From Mobula hypostoma (lineage: Eukaryota): a stretch of DNA of 64,000 nt. Of this stretch, positions 62,691 to 64,000 are shown in pieces. Every line of letters starts with the position of its first letter. Position 1 is the stretch's first letter. The notes beneath the pieces were generated by a model. It did no database searches and was not told the origin of the DNA. It saw only the letters and a list, made by a program, of their open reading frames with translations. The position numbers and the translations under genes were made by a program. Where the stretch lies: the NCBI RefSeq assembly GCF_963921235.1, contig NC_086097.1:209004001-209068000 (forward strand). The letters run 5' to 3'.

Positions 62691-62738
62691 ACATAGAAAC
62701 ATAGAAACATAGAAAATAGGTGCAGGAGTAGGCCATTT
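62691..62738 (-). mobile_element. Extremely truncated CR1 3' stub
   Basis: (acatagaa)n followed by 'aataggtgcaggagtaggccatt'; ctatat on both sides. Confidence 0.7.
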
Positions 62739-62954
62739 CTATATAGGTTGCTTACTGAAACAATTATTAAATATGTTAATCTCATTCAAAATTCTATTAT
62801 GTATTTATTTTTTATGAAACACCTGACAAAAAACAAGTTTCAAACAATTTACAGATGTTGTTTGAATATTATATATTCGATACAGAACAAACTAATACTT
62901 ATGACCTGACTTCAGATTGAAAAGGCTCCACTCCTGATGCAGAACCTCACTGAC

Positions 62955-63184
62955 CGTGAGAGTCCAATGAGGAAGCCTGAATGACTAGTGGAACCCATAG
63001 GGTAAATAATTGAACAAAGCTCTTTATCCCGCCAACATATCCATAAAGCAATTGCCCTAACATCTTCCATGAGATTAGTTGATACTGCCTTAGTTTCAAG
63101 GTCCAAACATTTGCTGGCGCTTGATGTCCCATAGAATTGGGGATTTATTGTTCTTGAAATCAATCGCCAAAACAAAGTGGAAAG
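62955..63184 (-). CDS. Weak candidate exon (LSTLFWRLISRTINPQ...SGFLIGLS-R)
   Basis: Acceptor 'ttcatttctatag', donor CG|gtcagt, 230 nt open, phase 0 to 2, compatible with 62488-62590. Confidence 0.2.
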
Positions 63185-63380
63185 CTATAGAAATGAACGT
63201 TTTTCAGTTTTTATTCACTATGAAACCCTATTGAACATGCACCAATATGGAAAGAAAGAAAGAGATGATCTGATGCAAGGAGTAAGGTCTACATTATAGA
63301 TTTTTGGGCAAGTTCTCAACCATAGATCACGTTTATCATTGTACCATAATATGAAAAAGAATGGTTTCCTGATCTTTCGG

Positions 63381-64000
63381 TGGGAGGAGAGAGAGCAGCG
63401 CACCGCGCGTGCGCAGCCCTCTGGTGAAAAATGATATCGTATCCGTTAAATAGGGGCTGTGGACAATTCTGATTTGATGGAGACGGACACGAAAGCACAG
63501 AGGAACATCTGGAGAAATTTCTGAAATGCTCAGTCACTGCTGTCGTTACTGCACGGTCGGAAATCTTCCGGAGGGAAGGCCTCAAAATCCGTGGCTTTGC
63601 CTGCTGTTGGTGACCGAGATTGAGGTTGAATCGCTCAGACAGAGATGGTGCTCAGTACTCAGTGTCGGAGAGCTGATTCGGAGGCTCGAAGTTTTCGGAT
63701 GACTCAGAGACGGATTGTGGTCAGGCATGGCAGGGAGAGTTTTTCATCATTCTCCTGTCTGTGTGAGATGTGGGACATTTGAGAGACTTTGAACTTTTTA
63801 CTGTGTTCATGGACTTCTTCATCAAGTTATGGGATTGTTGCACTGTTGTAACTATATGTTATAATTATGTGGTTTTGTCAGTTTTTCAGTCTTGGTCCGT
63901 CCTGTGTTTTGTGATATCACACTGGAGGAAATATTGTATCTTTTCTTAATGCATGCATTACTAAATGACAATAAAAGAGGACTGCGTGTCTTCATAATCT
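63381..64000 (+). mobile_element. ORF-less non-autonomous element (family A), second copy
   Basis: Colinear with the reverse complement of 15168-15840, including 'ctgatttgatggagac', 'gaacatctggagaaa' and 'atgcatgcattactaaatgacaataaaagaggactg'. Confidence 0.88.

Noticed and set aside
1..64000. CRISPR array, operons or other prokaryotic systems
   Set aside because: No regularly spaced repeat-spacer array and no dense ORF packing; the sequence is vertebrate-like repetitive DNA.

Overview
Eukaryotic, AT-rich, repeat-dense genomic DNA with no prokaryotic gene structure. The repeat mix (many CR1 subfamilies, Rex1/Babar, Penelope, RTE, V-SINEs, Ty3/Gypsy, Tc1) suggests a cartilaginous fish; this is inference only. 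Roughly half or more of the window is decayed retroelement sequence, and every convincing protein-like ORF in the track belongs to a broken transposon. No intact autonomous element and no recognisable host gene is present. The most interesting signals are: (1) short Penelope pseudo-LTR units carrying a minimal hammerhead-ribozyme motif, one well formed at 55903-55944; (2) two families of ORF-less 0.65-0.8 kb elements with a GAAGATGGC 5' end and a Rex1-like tail; (3) tRNA-SINEs with a shared head and swapped bodies, one body matching an RTE-type leader in the same window; (4) several nested insertions whose order can be read; (5) a templated inverted insertion inside a Rex1 copy; (6) weak, phase-compatible candidate exons of an unidentified minus-strand transcript; and (7) repeat-free, motif-dense islands that may be enhancers. 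Boundaries were set by eye and are approximate, and family names come from recognised motifs, not database searches.
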